From positions 496,001 to 560,000 of the forward strand of contig JAQGDQ010000037.1 in assembly GCA_030141605.1 (NCBI GenBank): DNA of 64,000 nucleotides, in the 5' to 3' direction. The DNA is from Tubiluchus corallicola (Eukaryota; Animalia; Priapulida). Of this stretch, positions 38,165 to 53,200 are shown piece by piece. Every line of letters begins with the position of its first letter. Positions within the stretch are counted from its first letter, which is position 1. The notes under the pieces were generated by a model. That model was not told where the DNA came from. It was given only the letters and a program-made list of their open reading frames with translations, and did no database searches. Both the position numbers and the translations under genes were made by a program.

Positions 38165-39099
38165 GATACACATTTTTGCACAAAGATTCAAATACTCATG
38201 CAGGGGGTTGGTCTATATATATAGAACTTTTCAGAAAATAAAAATTTAAAAATTAATTGTAATAATGAAAATACAAATATCCAAGTAGAAGACCTCTTGG
38301 TTAACATTGAAACTAAACATAAATCAAAATCTGTTATTTCTATTGTTATATGTAGACTCCCCAACACTGATATCTTTACCTTTTCACCTAGAAATGGAGC
38401 GTATATTGGCATACATAAATAGAATGAGAAAACAATGCTATATCTCGGCATATAAATATTAATTTATTACAGCATGATGAAAGGCAGTATATTGCCTCGC
38501 ATCTCCCTATGCTTTTCTCTAATTATTTTGTGCCATTATAATTACGCATCCAACTAGGCTTACACAATCTTTTAAAACTTTGTAAGGCCATATTCATGGT
38601 AATAATTAATAATATAAGTCGATATATTGTGCTTGGTATTGTTTTCTATGAAGTTGCCCATCACTTGCCTTTTTTTGCATTGTAGCATTTATTTGTGCAC
38701 ATTGGAGAAATTACTAATTGCTTTAATATCGTTTTTTCGTTATTGTTCTTTAGCTAAAGATCCGAACAGCTGTGTTAAGAAACATTAATGAAGATATCAT
38801 AAAATAGTTTTTTCATCGTTTACTTCGTCAGAAGCTCAGGTAATGTGTTTCAAAAATTAATTCATTATAAGCTATTTTTTGTACATTAAATACGTTATAT
38901 GCTCATTTTACTTACATTTTTATTTTTGTAATCTCATGCTAACAGCGATTTATGAAATTCATTATTGTATATGATTATTTATTTGGATTATTAAGTCTTC
39001 ATAGCATGAACTGCACGATAATTTAATATTTTCGTTGCTTTATTAGCTTCTACAAATATATTCTAAATATGTGAAAAATCTAAAATGCTTAGATAGCAT

Positions 39100-39595
39100 T
39101 AATTGCATGGCATTTTTTTAAAATGTCTTTGTTTGAGTATATTGAGTTTTAATTTACATTGTAAGATTGCATGATGACAGTTTTTGTGTACTGTTCACTT
39201 TTTTCATCAATGAAAGATTACTTGTGTATAGCTTAGCATACACTGTATTATAGCGTGATTTGCTTGAGAAAAATATTTTTCTATTTATTTACTGAAATGA
39301 TATTTTGTAATGTTTACTTTACAAATCCGTGTCTGTTTTTGCTTATTAATTTTTTTATTTATTTTTTGATTGTTAATTTTTGCTTGGTAATGATTTGTAA
39401 TATTTTCCTGGGAAAAAACATCCAATAGTGTATTGCACTATGTTAAATAAATTTGAATTTATTGTGGGCTGGCTGATTTGGTAATGTCATGTTTTTCACC
39501 ACCCTTCCCATTTAGATGAATTATACTTGTATACTAATATGTTTGTTTTTTATATCAGGGATAAATAAATTTGATTTGATTTCATTTAATTTGAA
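39100..39595 (+). mobile_element. LINE (L2-like) 3' UTR with (TTTGA)n tail
   Basis: AATAAA followed by TTTGATTTGATTT at about 39565-39582. The upstream motif (about 39465-39512) resembles the reverse complement of 47955-48000. Confidence 0.45.
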
Positions 39596-41949
39596 TTTTT
39601 GTGAGCTCGTATTAGATAATTGAAGCTATTTGTGTGTAGCTTGAGTGTGGTTAAAGTTACACCTATACTAGTCGCTTAGTGCAGTGGCATTTTTGGCTTC
39701 CTGCAAGGCCATCATTGCGACATCATGCAACAACCTGTGGGTGACCCAGAAAATGCTACAGAACAACCCGAAGTAGCACCAAAGCTCAGCGGATGGAAAT
39801 CTAAGGTAGGATAACAATTTTAGTTGATTCTGGTAGTTAGTATTTTCCATGATTATCCTACCTATGTCTTGACTATGAAAAATGTGCCATGATCGTTTGT
39901 CTAGATATGCTTACTAATTTTATGGGCGATATTCAGAGCAAAGGAGAAAGGGAAAGAAAGGTAGGAATAGGAAGAACAGAGAAATGAGATTGAAAGAGAA
40001 AGGGTATGGAGGCCGAGGAGGGAGAGAGAAGGGATATAGGCAGAGAGAAAAAGATTTATATTTTTATTTCAAAAGTTAAATAGAAAGGTAGGGAGAGAGA
40101 GAATGTCCAACAGCTTCATGAAAGTATGGTCTTTCAAGGTCTTGAAAGTCGTGTAAGTGATATTAATTTTTGGAAAGGGTTTTTGGTCAGGCCCAGTTAT
40201 GCGGTATGAAAACTGAAAAGAGCTCTGTTTGAATGGATCCGGCAATTTTAATCAGATGCCCTATTTGGTCATCTAACCAACAACACAGTTTGAGAAGCTA
40301 TTTGCCTGGATCCAGCAGTTTTAGTGGAATGTGTTATCTGACTGGATCCAGGCCACATAGAATGAAAAAAGTATTTGATGATATACAGCTACTATGTACT
40401 ATATACAGCATTACAACTTTTTTTAGAGATCCGATTGAAAAAATCATAATTCTTTAAAAACTAAAAAAAATTATAAAAATCAAATGAAGATAATTTTTTC
40501 TCTATTAAATATCCTAAATAAATGCTATGTGCTGTTACTATATCAAATTTAAATTTGCGTCTGTTATTCTCCATTTTGTCAGTGTCTATCCTGGAAAAAA
40601 CAGGATGATTTTTCATATGCTGCCTTATTTTTAAATCCGATAAAAAGTATACTTTTTAACGCGATTAGTACTGCAAAACCACTTCTCATAATTAAATTAC
40701 AGATTAAAAACTTAATTAATGGCTGACGAGCCCAACTATTCATGACATCACAAACTAACATAATTTTCAACAGCAAAAATATTCCATGAGCATATTGCGC
40801 TTGTTTGTGAAAATGAAAATTGGAGTACAATGCTGCTGTAAGATATTCTGTGTGTTGTACTGAAACTAAGTAAGGTTTCAGATAAAATTCAAGTTTCATA
40901 TTTACCACTGTGCTCGTGCATGAGTTATCCAACGTGTGTAGTTCGTCAGAAACTAACACATTTGAACTGAGAGGTACAGCACCTCTTTTTGTCACATTGC
41001 GTTTCTGAAATGCAGGCACTAGTACACGTCTAACTAGCAAATGGCAAAATGCATGTAACAGCGAAGAATCAGTGGCGCGAACGTGAAATTGTATTTGTGT
41101 GGTAATAATTCTTTCACGTAAGTCGTTTTTCAAAAAATAGTGTTTCCTTTCAATATTTTAAAGAGTAGATCGTTTTTCCTTTACGTCATCAATGGCCTCA
41201 GAGCAACCACATAATTTTAGGACTCTAAATAACTCACTTACCCTGTTCAAATATTTATGGGTCAGATATTCGAAAGAACCGGAAAATTCACTTATTGCAT
41301 CCAATGGTAAGGGCGTTTAAAAATGAGGATTCATCATTTTACTTAGCATTTGATCAATAAAACTGTGAACGTTTGTTGTTAGCTAACAAAACATAACTTG
41401 GCCACTCATAACTATTATTTTCAGGTTCATATGCAGTTTGATCTCACTTGAGTTTGTATTCCAAAAATAACTAATTTGATTCAGGATCTCACTGTCCACC
41501 TGTTCTTTTTTTGCAGCCATCGTGGATTAATATTTAGTATCGACTAGGTTTCTTAATTTTCCAACAACTTTTACGTGGCTGTTTCCTAAACCAAGTCTCT
41601 AGTTTCCATAATTTTGGTTATCTAGATACACAATAATGCAAGTTCTCTTTTAATCTGGGAAACAATTGTTAGTTGCAACCCATCTATTCTAGACATGTTA
41701 GAAGACACCCACAAATGCTTAGATGTTATTACAAATTAAGGTAATTAAACATCCAAAGTGTAGTTCTTGAACAAGTTTGAATTGCTTGATTTAGAATGAG
41801 AATGTTTCGAGCACCCCATAGTTATTTTTTCATCGATAACTAACTAAACTGTGCACATTTTTACTGACTGAAAACTGAAAAGCAAAAAACTGTCTACTGA
41901 AATGATAGGAATTATTGGATAAAGAGCAGAAATAACTTACCTTTATTGG

Positions 41950-42240
41950 TAATTAAACACGATTATTAATTTTCAAAAACATTGTTTGAATTTTGTTTTG
42001 AAGATAGAAATTGAGTTTGAAAGTCTAATATTGTCACTTATTGTGTTCCATAAACTTGGTCCAGTATTGGCTGTGAAATGCTTTGCCATGTCTGTTCTGC
42101 AAGAATTATTTATGAATTCATTTGATCTGGTAGCGTAGTGTTTTATGTTTGGAGATACCGGGTCTTTAAAGAAAGTAGGGAATACAAAGTAGTGAAGTAT
42201 TATTGGAGTGTTCTTTAGCCACAACAGTATCGACACTGTG
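41950..42240 (-). mobile_element. L2/Crack-like LINE ORF2 C-terminal fragment
   Basis: HYATRSNEFINNSCRTDMAKHFTANTGPSLWNTISDNIRLSNSISIFKTKFK matches the typical 'H.Y.TR...RT......GP.LWN.L...I....S...FK..LK' ending. Confidence 0.75.
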
Positions 42241-44200
42241 AGTTACGAAAAATATTCAGTTATAACACGGTACAATATTAAAGTGAGCAGAGAATAAAAT
42301 GTGAAAAAAATGAAAATTACTTATAGGGCACTCTATTATCATAACAGTAAAGCGATTCAGCTAAAAAATGTAATTGTAGACGTCTATAGCCAAGCTATGA
42401 AAGACGAGATAAAAAACAATAGGATCTTTGAATTAAGAAAAAATACAATTTTGACATGGTTGTTCAATTACAGCCAAGAAAGCACTAAACTAAAGAATAC
42501 TAGTAAGGCATTGTATAGCCACAACAGAAATGCTGTTGCATTTAAAAGGATCCAGTTGCCAACAGTGTTACTCTATAGCTGGCTGCAAGGGATAAGAAAT
42601 ACTAATAGGGCATATCATGGCCACAGCGGTAGCGCCAACAAGCTAACAAGAAAAAGGAAAATCCGGTAATAAACATAAATACGAACGGAGTTCATCTTTT
42701 ACAGCTACATAAGGAACAGTGTAATACAATATGAAGAAAAAAGCTGAAAATTTAAAACCAGTGGTATAGAGTGTGAAAAGGTAATTTTAATTATTGTAGA
42801 AAATTATTACTGGCAAACTTGCATATGTACATGTGAAATTACAGCAAGTTTAAACTAAACATGTTTTAGCTTAGGCAAAACATTATCGGTAAACAGCAAA
42901 TTGCTTGGCTTGTGTTTACAGTGGCTGAAAGCAATGAAATCTAGGCTGCAACTACTTGAAGTCAAATTAACTGAGGCTTCTTCTGAATGAGCAAACAGGT
43001 TTAACGTATCAACAGAAGCCAATTGAATAATAGAATGAAATCATCAAGGTGACTCAAAATAGGTTCCATCTAAATGGTTAAATTTAGAATACAAAATAGT
43101 CAATACTCCAAGTTATCCCACTGCACATTGTTGTTCAAATAAGGTCGGAAATAAAATTGCCACAGTTCATGCAATAAGCTGAGTTTCTTTAGTACTATAT
43201 CGCAAGAACAACCTATATATATTTTCATTGTAGGCCCATATGATACACTACACAATTTATATAGCTAGGAAGACACTGACACAACAGTACATATGTAGTA
43301 CATAAATATTATGTTCATTTGCCTGAATTCAACAGTTAGACATATGACATACTGTATGGGTGGCAAATGGCAAATAAACAAATGATCAACATAAATGTAC
43401 ATGTAAATGAGCTGAATTTAATTGTACCATGTAGCTTTATGTTAAAAACCACAATAATGCACATTATATTTGAATTATAACTTAATTGCAGCCATCCTAT
43501 CAATAATCCACATCCTTGAACAAGACAATAAAATCGCTTGCAAAATTACTCGTTACAAAATTTCAGTTATTTATTAAACCGAATCATTTTAGAATGATTT
43601 TCAACTGAAGAATTTTAAAATGAATCGTTTAACAAGCATCAGCACCATCTGATCCTAGGTTCCTAGCTCCTATTAGTTCAACATGGAAAGTTTGTAAACA
43701 ATATACCAATAAACCATGTAGGTAGTTTGGGGTTCCGTCTCTTAGCAGTTAAGAGGAAACCATAAGATAAAGCGTTAATTACACATTTGCACCTATCAGA
43801 AAACTGCCATTAAATCAATATATAGATCATGACTGTAGTAGATAGAAACTACTAAAAACCGATATAATTAATTAATGTGTAAAACACTTTAATGCGGGAA
43901 GCCATTACATTCAAAAACTTTGGTGTGTGGTAACGCACAAGTGACAACCCAGAATCTATGGAAGCCCATAGAGTCCAAACTACTACAATGATATGTCATC
44001 AAGGTGCAACAATACATGGAGTCTATGTCTTCTTTTCTTTAAAGAAGTACCATAAGCCATAACTTTCATAAATGATTCACATACTTCAAGCAGATATAAC
44101 GGATGCGAATAGTGTGAAAATTTGATCAGGTTGCAGTATTAATATCATTTCATTGGCAATTGTTGTAAATGCAAATTTAAGCGTTCTGCAATTTTTTTAG

Positions 44201-47200
44201 ATGCCGGCCTACAATTTCACTGAAGTAAATTTCTGCGCTTTGTCATCTCAAAGCAACGTTTATGGTTTGACTTGTATATCCATGCCTGGGGGTGTGAATA
44301 AGTTACTTGTTGCTTCACACAGAGGCAAAGTTGTATCTATGGAATATCATAAAGTATCTGGAAATATGCGACCAGTATCAAGGGAGATTCAATTCACTTA
44401 TATTCCAGGTATGTGTATTGCAGTAATTAATTGGTAAGTACACAGCAAGTAAAACAGGTGTTACATGTATAGTGTTTGTAATTAGATATGTAAGGAATTA
44501 TAAATTGGAAGTCTTAGATGTTTTCGAAATTAATTTGGGTGCTTGTCTGTGCACTTCCGGATGTTATTGCTTGCTAACTAGCCATCTGGGAAGTCAGGCG
44601 AATAGATTATTATTAATTATAAATTAATTTCAGTGGATTGTTTCAGGTGATGCAGAAATAGTTTCCATTGACTCGTTTAACAAATCGCATCATGGTAACG
44701 GAGTAGTGGTCGGTATAACTTTTATAAAGGTAATTTCTTTACTTTTTTCACTCTTTTCATATTTAGAGCATTCAATATAATGCAGCGGCTCTCAATCTTT
44801 CTATGCCTCGTGCCTATTTGTCATATGTCAATATGTTATCCCCCTATTTTCCAGGTTTTCTGACACAAATGCACTTCCGGTTGATATAATATAGAGAATC
44901 CAATAACCTGAATGAACTGCTCTTTCATTTAATATGTGATATTCAATAGTGTAATGTCCTGTATATTTTGTGTAATTTGTGGAGCTATATTTTATAAAAA
45001 AGATCACTATGCGAACACTGGGCCTGCCAGTCTTTGGTCCTAAAATAACCCGCCCCGTTTTGCAGAATTCCCCAGTGCTTGAAAACCTGTATCTAATGTG
45101 CTGCTATTTGACTTGTGATTGGCGATATAGTGTATATTGTTTTCATCTGCTAATTTACTGGCATTTTTTGAAAACTCATCCATACTGGAAATTGTTAAAT
45201 CTTGTGCAATTAGATTTGCTAAATTGTTTGTGTTATATTTTTGTAGTACATGGAAAATAAACGAAGCCACTTTTTAAATATTTACTCTGACTGGGAACCA
45301 GGATCAGAATTCAATATTGATAGTATAGCTCGTATGTATGTTTTAGTGTTCTTACAAAATTTTGTTTTAAAGATAAGGTTAAAAAGGCTCACCTTGCAAT
45401 TCCCTTGATATGGTTGCATGACTTTTCAAGTTAAATTATCATCTGTTCATTCTGATTAGGAACTTGTAATGCAACTTTTTTTTACACTGGAGGCTCCGTT
45501 GTATCAACCTCATGTCTTCTAAAATTGTAGAACCTTTACTTAGGAGAGGAGCGTAGGTTGCTTCCCGGCACACAGGCTATTTGTAATTTATGCACATCTT
45601 CCAGTGCACGTACTAAGGTCATTTTTCTAACTGTTTCACAGCAAGTTAATTGTCCCTCTGATTAGCAGCAACAAAAAAAGTGCTACAAATTTCTTCGCAT
45701 TTGTACTAAGTTTGGAAATCTTGTATCACAAAGACAAAATATACAAACTGCCATAGCCAGGCACTGTAACAATTTTGCATACAGTACAATACAAATCTTC
45801 AGCCACTTTACTCATCAACTATAAAAAAATGCTTAAGATTCAACACTGTATCTGAAACTTTGGAATCTCCTTGATTTTGAACATTACCAGCCATTGCTTA
45901 ATGCATATAATATTTTTAAGCACAAATTAATATACAAGACAATATATGCACACATTATTTTTAAGTGTGATTGTGTGTTGTAAGCGTGGTTTTATTTGAG
46001 ATTTGCCAGAACTCGCACATTTATTGCTAGTTGAGACATTTTTGGTCCTTAATGTAGGGATTACTGATGTTGTTGGTTGTGGAGTAACCGAAATCTAGCT
46101 CATCATTTGCAGTGCACAATTTTTTGGCAATGAGATACTAAACCTTAAATGGCTTCAAAGCCTTGATCACTTTTTACAAGTCATTTATCTTTGTTGCTGT
46201 TACATAACTTGTCAATATTAGACATGTATAAGTTGCACATATTACAAAGAATCATCTAACATTAATGAAGCTGAGAACACAATTTTTCATTACACAACTG
46301 TTCGGGTTAAAGGGAGAACAAAGGAAAAATCCGCATTTTGTGATTTTTTTCCACCCTTCTTATTTTTCCTTTCATCTGACTGCAGACAGTACATAATAAT
46401 CACCTCTATGTTTCTCCTTTTAATTTCCTTATTGTGAGGTATTTTGTATAAGTGCAGTTAATTCAAATTTTCATATTTTTCAGAGAGTTGTCAGAGTTTG
46501 GTACTGAATTTTGTGCCTTTCCAACTCTATCATACAATGTATGTTAAATCTGCATATTTTTAATATTTTAACTTACAATTTAACATCAATGTGTCAAATT
46601 AATGTAAAAAAGAAATTATGCATTCAATTTCGAAGATACTAGAGATTATAGTAAAAGTAATACATGCTTTTAGGTTTTCTGTAATTTGACTTGTCATGAG
46701 TTTTGTTTGTAACAATGTTTAAAAGTTTTGCTGCTCCAAAAAACTAATACAGTAGTCGCCACTTAATAGACTCACTTTGGGACCGTCATGTTTTGACCCA
46801 GTTAACCGATTGAAGCTATTAACTGATTGGTGTAGTATTACAAGTATAGAAGTATGAGTCATCAGCTTACTATGCACTGCAAGGGCTTTTAATCAATTTT
46901 ACAAAACGAAGTAATGCATAAATTCCTTTGTGTAGTTAAAAATTAGAAAAAATATTTTAAACCACAGTTTTAACACTGACTCCATATCATAGTCTTTTTC
47001 TGTGCGTAGCCTCTTAGATGCTAGATTCTCATTTTGGCTTGCTGACTGCTCAGTTTTAGATCATTTTTTCAATATTCTGCCGTGAGTACTTTGGGAAATT
47101 TTCAACTGCGCTGTTGCACACCTCTGGAAATTTTCAGTTTCTCCTTAACTGTTAGATTTTACGCTTATGCTCCATTTTTCAAACTTCCTAACTCTATGCC

Positions 47201-50200
47201 CTTATTTGCTGTATGATGTTTACTCTTGTAAGTCAAAAAGGAATACTGACTAATTACTGTACCTGCATCTTTGACTGTTAACTCATTAAGCCTGAAAGTG
47301 TGATTTGCAACTAGAGTATCAAAAGGAAACCGCTAAGCAAGTGATTAAAATGTTCAGCTTCCAGAATTTCTTCGGGTAACGAGGTTAATTGCAGTGGGTG
47401 AGCGGGTGACAGATTCAAAGCAAAACCGCAATGTTAACGTATTACAGCATGATAAACATACCTGTTTACTTAACAAAACGGTACTTAATATGATTGTTTC
47501 TACATATATAATGCCTAAAAGGGAAGTAAAGATGACATAAACGTAGGAAAGGCTGTTTGGGCACATACAGATGTCCTATTTTAAGTATGTGAAGGAAAAA
47601 TGTTGAGTCAATTAAGCGAAGTTATTTGAGTCAATTACTGATAGTTTTTATGTATATTTGAATAAATTCGACCCGTTCCAGGCGTTTTTGAGTCAATAAA
47701 GCGATGGAGTCTATTAACCGTGAGTCTTTTAAGCGGCGACTACTGTATTTAAGTTGTATATTGTTAGTTTTACTAGCTCATAGTTCCCTTATTGCTTATT
47801 CACATAGTATGGTTTTAAATTCTCAGCAACTTTTGATTGTAAGATTATCTTAGTGCCTAAGCTTGAAATTCAATTCAATTCAATTTCTTTTATTTGTCTC
47901 TTTCTTGCTAGTAATATTAACGAATTCGTAGTGTAATTTAACTATCGATTATAGAGATGGGGTGGCATAAAAACCATGCAGTCATCTAGTCCAGTCACCT
48001 TTATAATTTAACTAATCGTTTACCTATTTAACATGATAGTGCTGAAAGAGCAAGATTGGTACAATAATTAAAAAATAGAAACTTTGTAAACTGAAGAAAT
48101 TAAAAAGACAAAAATTCAAAGAATATAACAAAAGGCAATGGTGTATACCAGAGCGGTAAATAATGCTAAATGAATTATGCTCAGGCAGTGAAAGACAATT
48201 TGTGAATAACAAGGATAATGATAATAATGTAATGTAATTATAATGATATAACTGTGCACAAAGTCAAAGTCTTCTCATTTTCATTTGAAAAAATAATCAT
48301 GCAATTATAATTTAATCCATAATGATGATGATGGTAGCAGAATATTCAAAATACGCAAATGAAAATTCAGGCAAAAATTAAAAAAGTTTATGAATGATAT
48401 TTTGATAATACGTATGTGTAAATAATTTAAACCGTGCAAACTCAAGGTATACAAATTTTGATAACCAAAAATTTATGCAAATAATACGAATATAGCAACA
48501 TAAACATAATGATGCAGTAAACAATGCTAAATGAATTGAATTCAGAATTGAAACATATTTCTTACAGGGCTGATGAATTATACGTACTTCTATTTTTATA
48601 TTGATAGTTTAGTTTCTGGAGGGGAAAACAAAGACATGGTGTGGCTGCTGAGTGGCAGTGATTTGAAAATTCATTTATTTCGAGAGGTAAACCTAAATGA
48701 TATTATTATTATCATCAAAATAAAATGTGCATCAATGAAAAAAAGGTTGATCTTGACAGAGCAATAAGCCTTTTCACAGTTTTGTCATGCGCACATGCAG
48801 TTGCTGTAGATCAAAGGTTAAGTGAACAACAGCAACGTGTCTTAACTGCAACTGCCTTGTGACATGTGGGTAAAGCAAAGCCAGCTGCTGCATCAGTTCT
48901 GTAACTTTTCTTGTGGCACCATTTCCTTATTGATTTATGTGGCCTTTAATTTATTATGCATTAGAGTGTTTACTAGCATAGGTAAGTTTCTAGCTAGCTG
49001 TTAAAACTGTTACTATTACAGTATAATGTAATAACATGGATGGCGAGGCATTGTCAAGTGTACACAAATGCATTGTATGGTTCACTTAACCTTTGACTTT
49101 TTCATGATCATCAGTTATCACTGGAACTGTGAAAAGGCTTATTACTGTATAATTTTTAACATACTGTATAATACTGCATAATTTTTTTAAACCTTTCTGT
49201 AGCTAAACTGTTCATTTAATTGGGTGAACTGTCCATTTTTTGAAGTTGCCTGAGTGCTGAGCCAAACTCATTTGAATAGCTACAGCCTGTTATGTGTTTG
49301 ATAAGTTAACATGACAACTGATTTTGTATCATTAAATTTCATTTGAAAGTTTCTTGGAATGACAGGCCTGCTTGTATTAATACATAAAAGAAAACAAAAT
49401 TAAGAAATTTCTTTTGCAGTTATAAATGTCTTGACCGTTACAAAAGCCTATAAACATTTGTGTGTTTGTCTGTTATTGTAAATACCTTTAAATTTGTGCT
49501 ACAAATTGTATAATGACGTGTGCTATTTTTTCAGGACAAGAATCAGCATTTGTTTAGCGAACAATCTGTGTTAGAAAGTTTTCCAGAACTGGATAATTTT
49601 CCTAGTCCGTGAGTCAAACACTACGTTCTTATCTTCTTACATTCTTATATTATACAAGCTGTTTGGTAAGTTAGCGATAAGCAAGTTGTAATTGGACCCA
49701 TTCCAAAAACAGGAGTCCAAGTGGTCAGTTCTGTCTCACATTACCATTATGGTTGTTATGGACACAATCAAAAATGTTTTCAGGGTTCATTGGATGGACA
49801 TACAATATTTTGATGACCATCAAAGAAGGTTAACTGCAGTTGGATGTCAGAATGGTTATGTTAGACTTTCTTACATTGATGTAGAAAAAAACGGTATGTA
49901 GTCTTATTTTCTTAGCCCAAAGATTATCTACTTTGTAGCAAATAGGCAATGTGTTTGGGTAACTATTACAGTGAATGGTAATTAATATTGTGCAATCATG
50001 ATTTGTGTGAATGGTATTGTTGTCTTACATGTTACTGATTGATTGATTAAATATTACAATGACTAAAATTACACTAAAAATACTGAAATTACTATATGCA
50101 AAATATAACTAAAAGCAGTTATAATTTGCCATGTTATCAAGAAGTTAAGAGGGTGTTCCACAATTTAAAAAATTCGATTTAAGTAAAAAAATTGTTATCA

Positions 50201-53200
50201 GAATTAAAAATTCTCACCCTCGTACTCTAATTGCATTTTCTTCTCAAATGCAAAATATGTGGTTGACGTAGGCTAGCATACATAGTAGACACATTACAAT
50301 CAAACCTAAGCGAAAATAGTTTAGAAATGCTGTTATTATAACAACTCTTTAGTCTGTTTAACACAACATTACTGTAATTGTTCCGAAGTAACAATCCATA
50401 ATAATCTGTACGATAACTTTTAAATAAAGTGACTTTTGCGTTACAGGAGCAGCATTACGATTTTCTAATGAATGAGTTTACACAAATATTAAATAATGTT
50501 GTTTTGTTTTCAATGTCATTCATGTCAGTGCACAAAACATGTCACAGGTACTATAGTTATTATGTTAATAATTCATTTAGCTGTATTTAATTTTCCCTGC
50601 AGAAGTGATATCTAGTTGGGAAACTTTACATGATGGGCCTGTGACATCAGTAAAAATATTCAGTATAGCCACTGCTGTGGATTGTCCTGTACATCTGTTT
50701 CCCTTTGGTAAGCAAAGCATCATATATTTTTTAACAATTAAAAAAGAAGCCGGAAGATAATTAACTTCTTTAGTCACATTAATGTGCTTTTTACAAGGTG
50801 TTGAAACATTGCTCTTAATTTCATTAACATAAAAATTTAATTTCGTATTTATGTTTGTCATATTTCGTTAAGAAAGTCTGTCCTCTCTAAAAACACTCTT
50901 TAAGTGTTTTAATAAAGAATAATCATGATTCATTAATCATAGGAGGAAGTGATGATGCATCTTCTGATTATGGATCAGATGGTAATTTAGTAGAGTTGCC
51001 TCATTATCAACTACTGGTTGCCAATGCTATTGAGCCATCGGTTATTTACAGGTAATTTTCCATGAAGTAATTCCTAGGATACTATGAAAAACTTTTAGCA
51101 TTCATAATTGTTGATTTAACAGAAGGTAACTTTATGAGTGCTCACTGCACCTGCTAAAGATTTACTTTTGAAAAATTAACCCAGGAAAGGATTTTGTACT
51201 CTTGAGTATGAGATCTAAATTAGTTATGGGCAATTAAACAAATTAATCCTGATTGCATTGATATATAGATTGATATAATTTGCGATAAAGCAGTAATTTA
51301 ATTAGTCAAGAACAAAATATAAAGGCCAGTGCCTTAGCACAAATAAACGGAATCTTTGTGTTTTTTCTTCATTTTTCTAATCTTACACAATGTACACAAT
51401 TGCAAAACACAATGGTTACAAACTGGGGGCTTCAAATTCGTTGGCATGTGGCGTATGTAGTGACATAGTCATAGAGTAGTTAACAAAAAAGCAGTGTGTC
51501 TATAGAAATGGAATGCAAATACGAAAACAACAGACAGCAACGAAAGCCGTTAAGAAGTCTATAGACTATACTTCAGAGCAATCATTGAAAAATATGTGCA
51601 TAATGTATGTTATTTACATAATGCATTATATACATATATGAATTTATTTGCTGCAAAAGATTAATCGCAATATCGAGTTACAAGAACAAGATTATAATCT
51701 TATTACAAAATTTCAAAATTGTTATCACTAACTAAATTTTAATATATATTGTAATCTCCAGCTATACAGTGAGGTGGAATCCTAGAATATTTTTATGAAT
51801 TAAAATGAATTAAAAGGAGTAACTTGATTCTCAGAGTGAGTAAGAGAGGTTTAGAAAGTCCTACCTTGTTTTTGGTCTCAATCTTGGCTACTGTAGGTTA
51901 TTGCCAATCATTGTTTAAGATTCATTAGCATTTTATTTAGTTTGAATCGTTGTAGAGCAGTTCTTTACATTTACTTAAAGCACACTACCAGTGTGCAACA
52001 TAATATATGCTGGTCTAAGTTATAATGAATTATGAAAAATTTTGTCCATCAAGTACAACAGGCAATGAAGATTATTTAGTAGTAAAGTGACTGTGTGTGT
52101 GTGCGTGCGTATGTGTTTTTATATTGCTACAAATGTATTACGAACGAAATTCTGTGAAAACTCGTATCATTCACAAATGAAAAACTGTCAAGGCCTTTCA
52201 CAGCTTTTATGATAAATAACACCTGTTTTAACAATGTCGCTGTCTTCATCTTATTGTCTTTGCCATCATCATCTTGCCGTAGTTATCAAGAGCAGCAGAA
52301 GATATTGGAGTTATCAACATATAACGAACAACGAATAACATACTTTAATTATTATAACCACATTATAAATTTATTTAATTTAATAAAAATTGCAAATTCT
52401 GAACCTAGGTTAAATCTACTTATGGCTGCTTCTAGAGTCCACTATATTCCGATTTTTGTTTAAATCAATTGAAGACTTCAACTTTGGCTGGTTATAACAA
52501 GAAATAAATGATTTTGCAAGTATCTTGATCCTTCTTTACATGTATCTTGACAAAAAATAATAGTCTTCATTCTTTTGCCAAGTTGAACGTGATAACCTGT
52601 AAAATGCAGAACAAACCCTGCCTATGCACTTGGGTTTTAAAATTATGGTGTTAGTAGCATTGGAGACAGGCCCATTGCTTATTTTTACAAAAATATACAT
52701 TTATTCACAGCGAAATTCAACTTGATCATTATTATAGTGCAGGATTAAAAATCATTTGTAAGAACTATTCATTTACGATCGCCATTTAATCAGATTATTT
52801 AATGAAATTTGCTTAAATAAGAAATGAGGAATTGAGGAACTTATAAGAGATGTTTTATGGAAGATAACACTTTTCTGTGAAATATCTTTGCAATCTGCTA
52901 CTTACTTTCAGAGATGTACTTCGTCAAGGCTTGTGTGATGTGCAAGTACTCATCGACAGTGACACGCATGATTGTGTACTGTGTTCATGTATAGCTGATG
53001 TTGACTTTGACGGTCAAAATGAAATAGTACTCGGAACTTACGGACAGGTGAAGTCGCCGTTATAATCTGTAATGTCATATTTACTAAAAGTGGAAAAATT
53101 TTTTACTTAATGGAACAGAATTGTTTAATTCTCGTCTACTATGGCTGGTTTTTTTGTAGATTCTGAAAAGAGAATACCGAACTATAAGTTTGAAAAGGGA

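Noticed and set aside
40579-41133. 184-aa minus-strand ORF
   Set aside because: Non-ATG start, no recognisable domain, no supporting splice pattern.
42301-42669. 122-aa Lys/Asn-rich ORF
   Set aside because: Non-ATG start, compositionally biased, adjacent to LINE debris.
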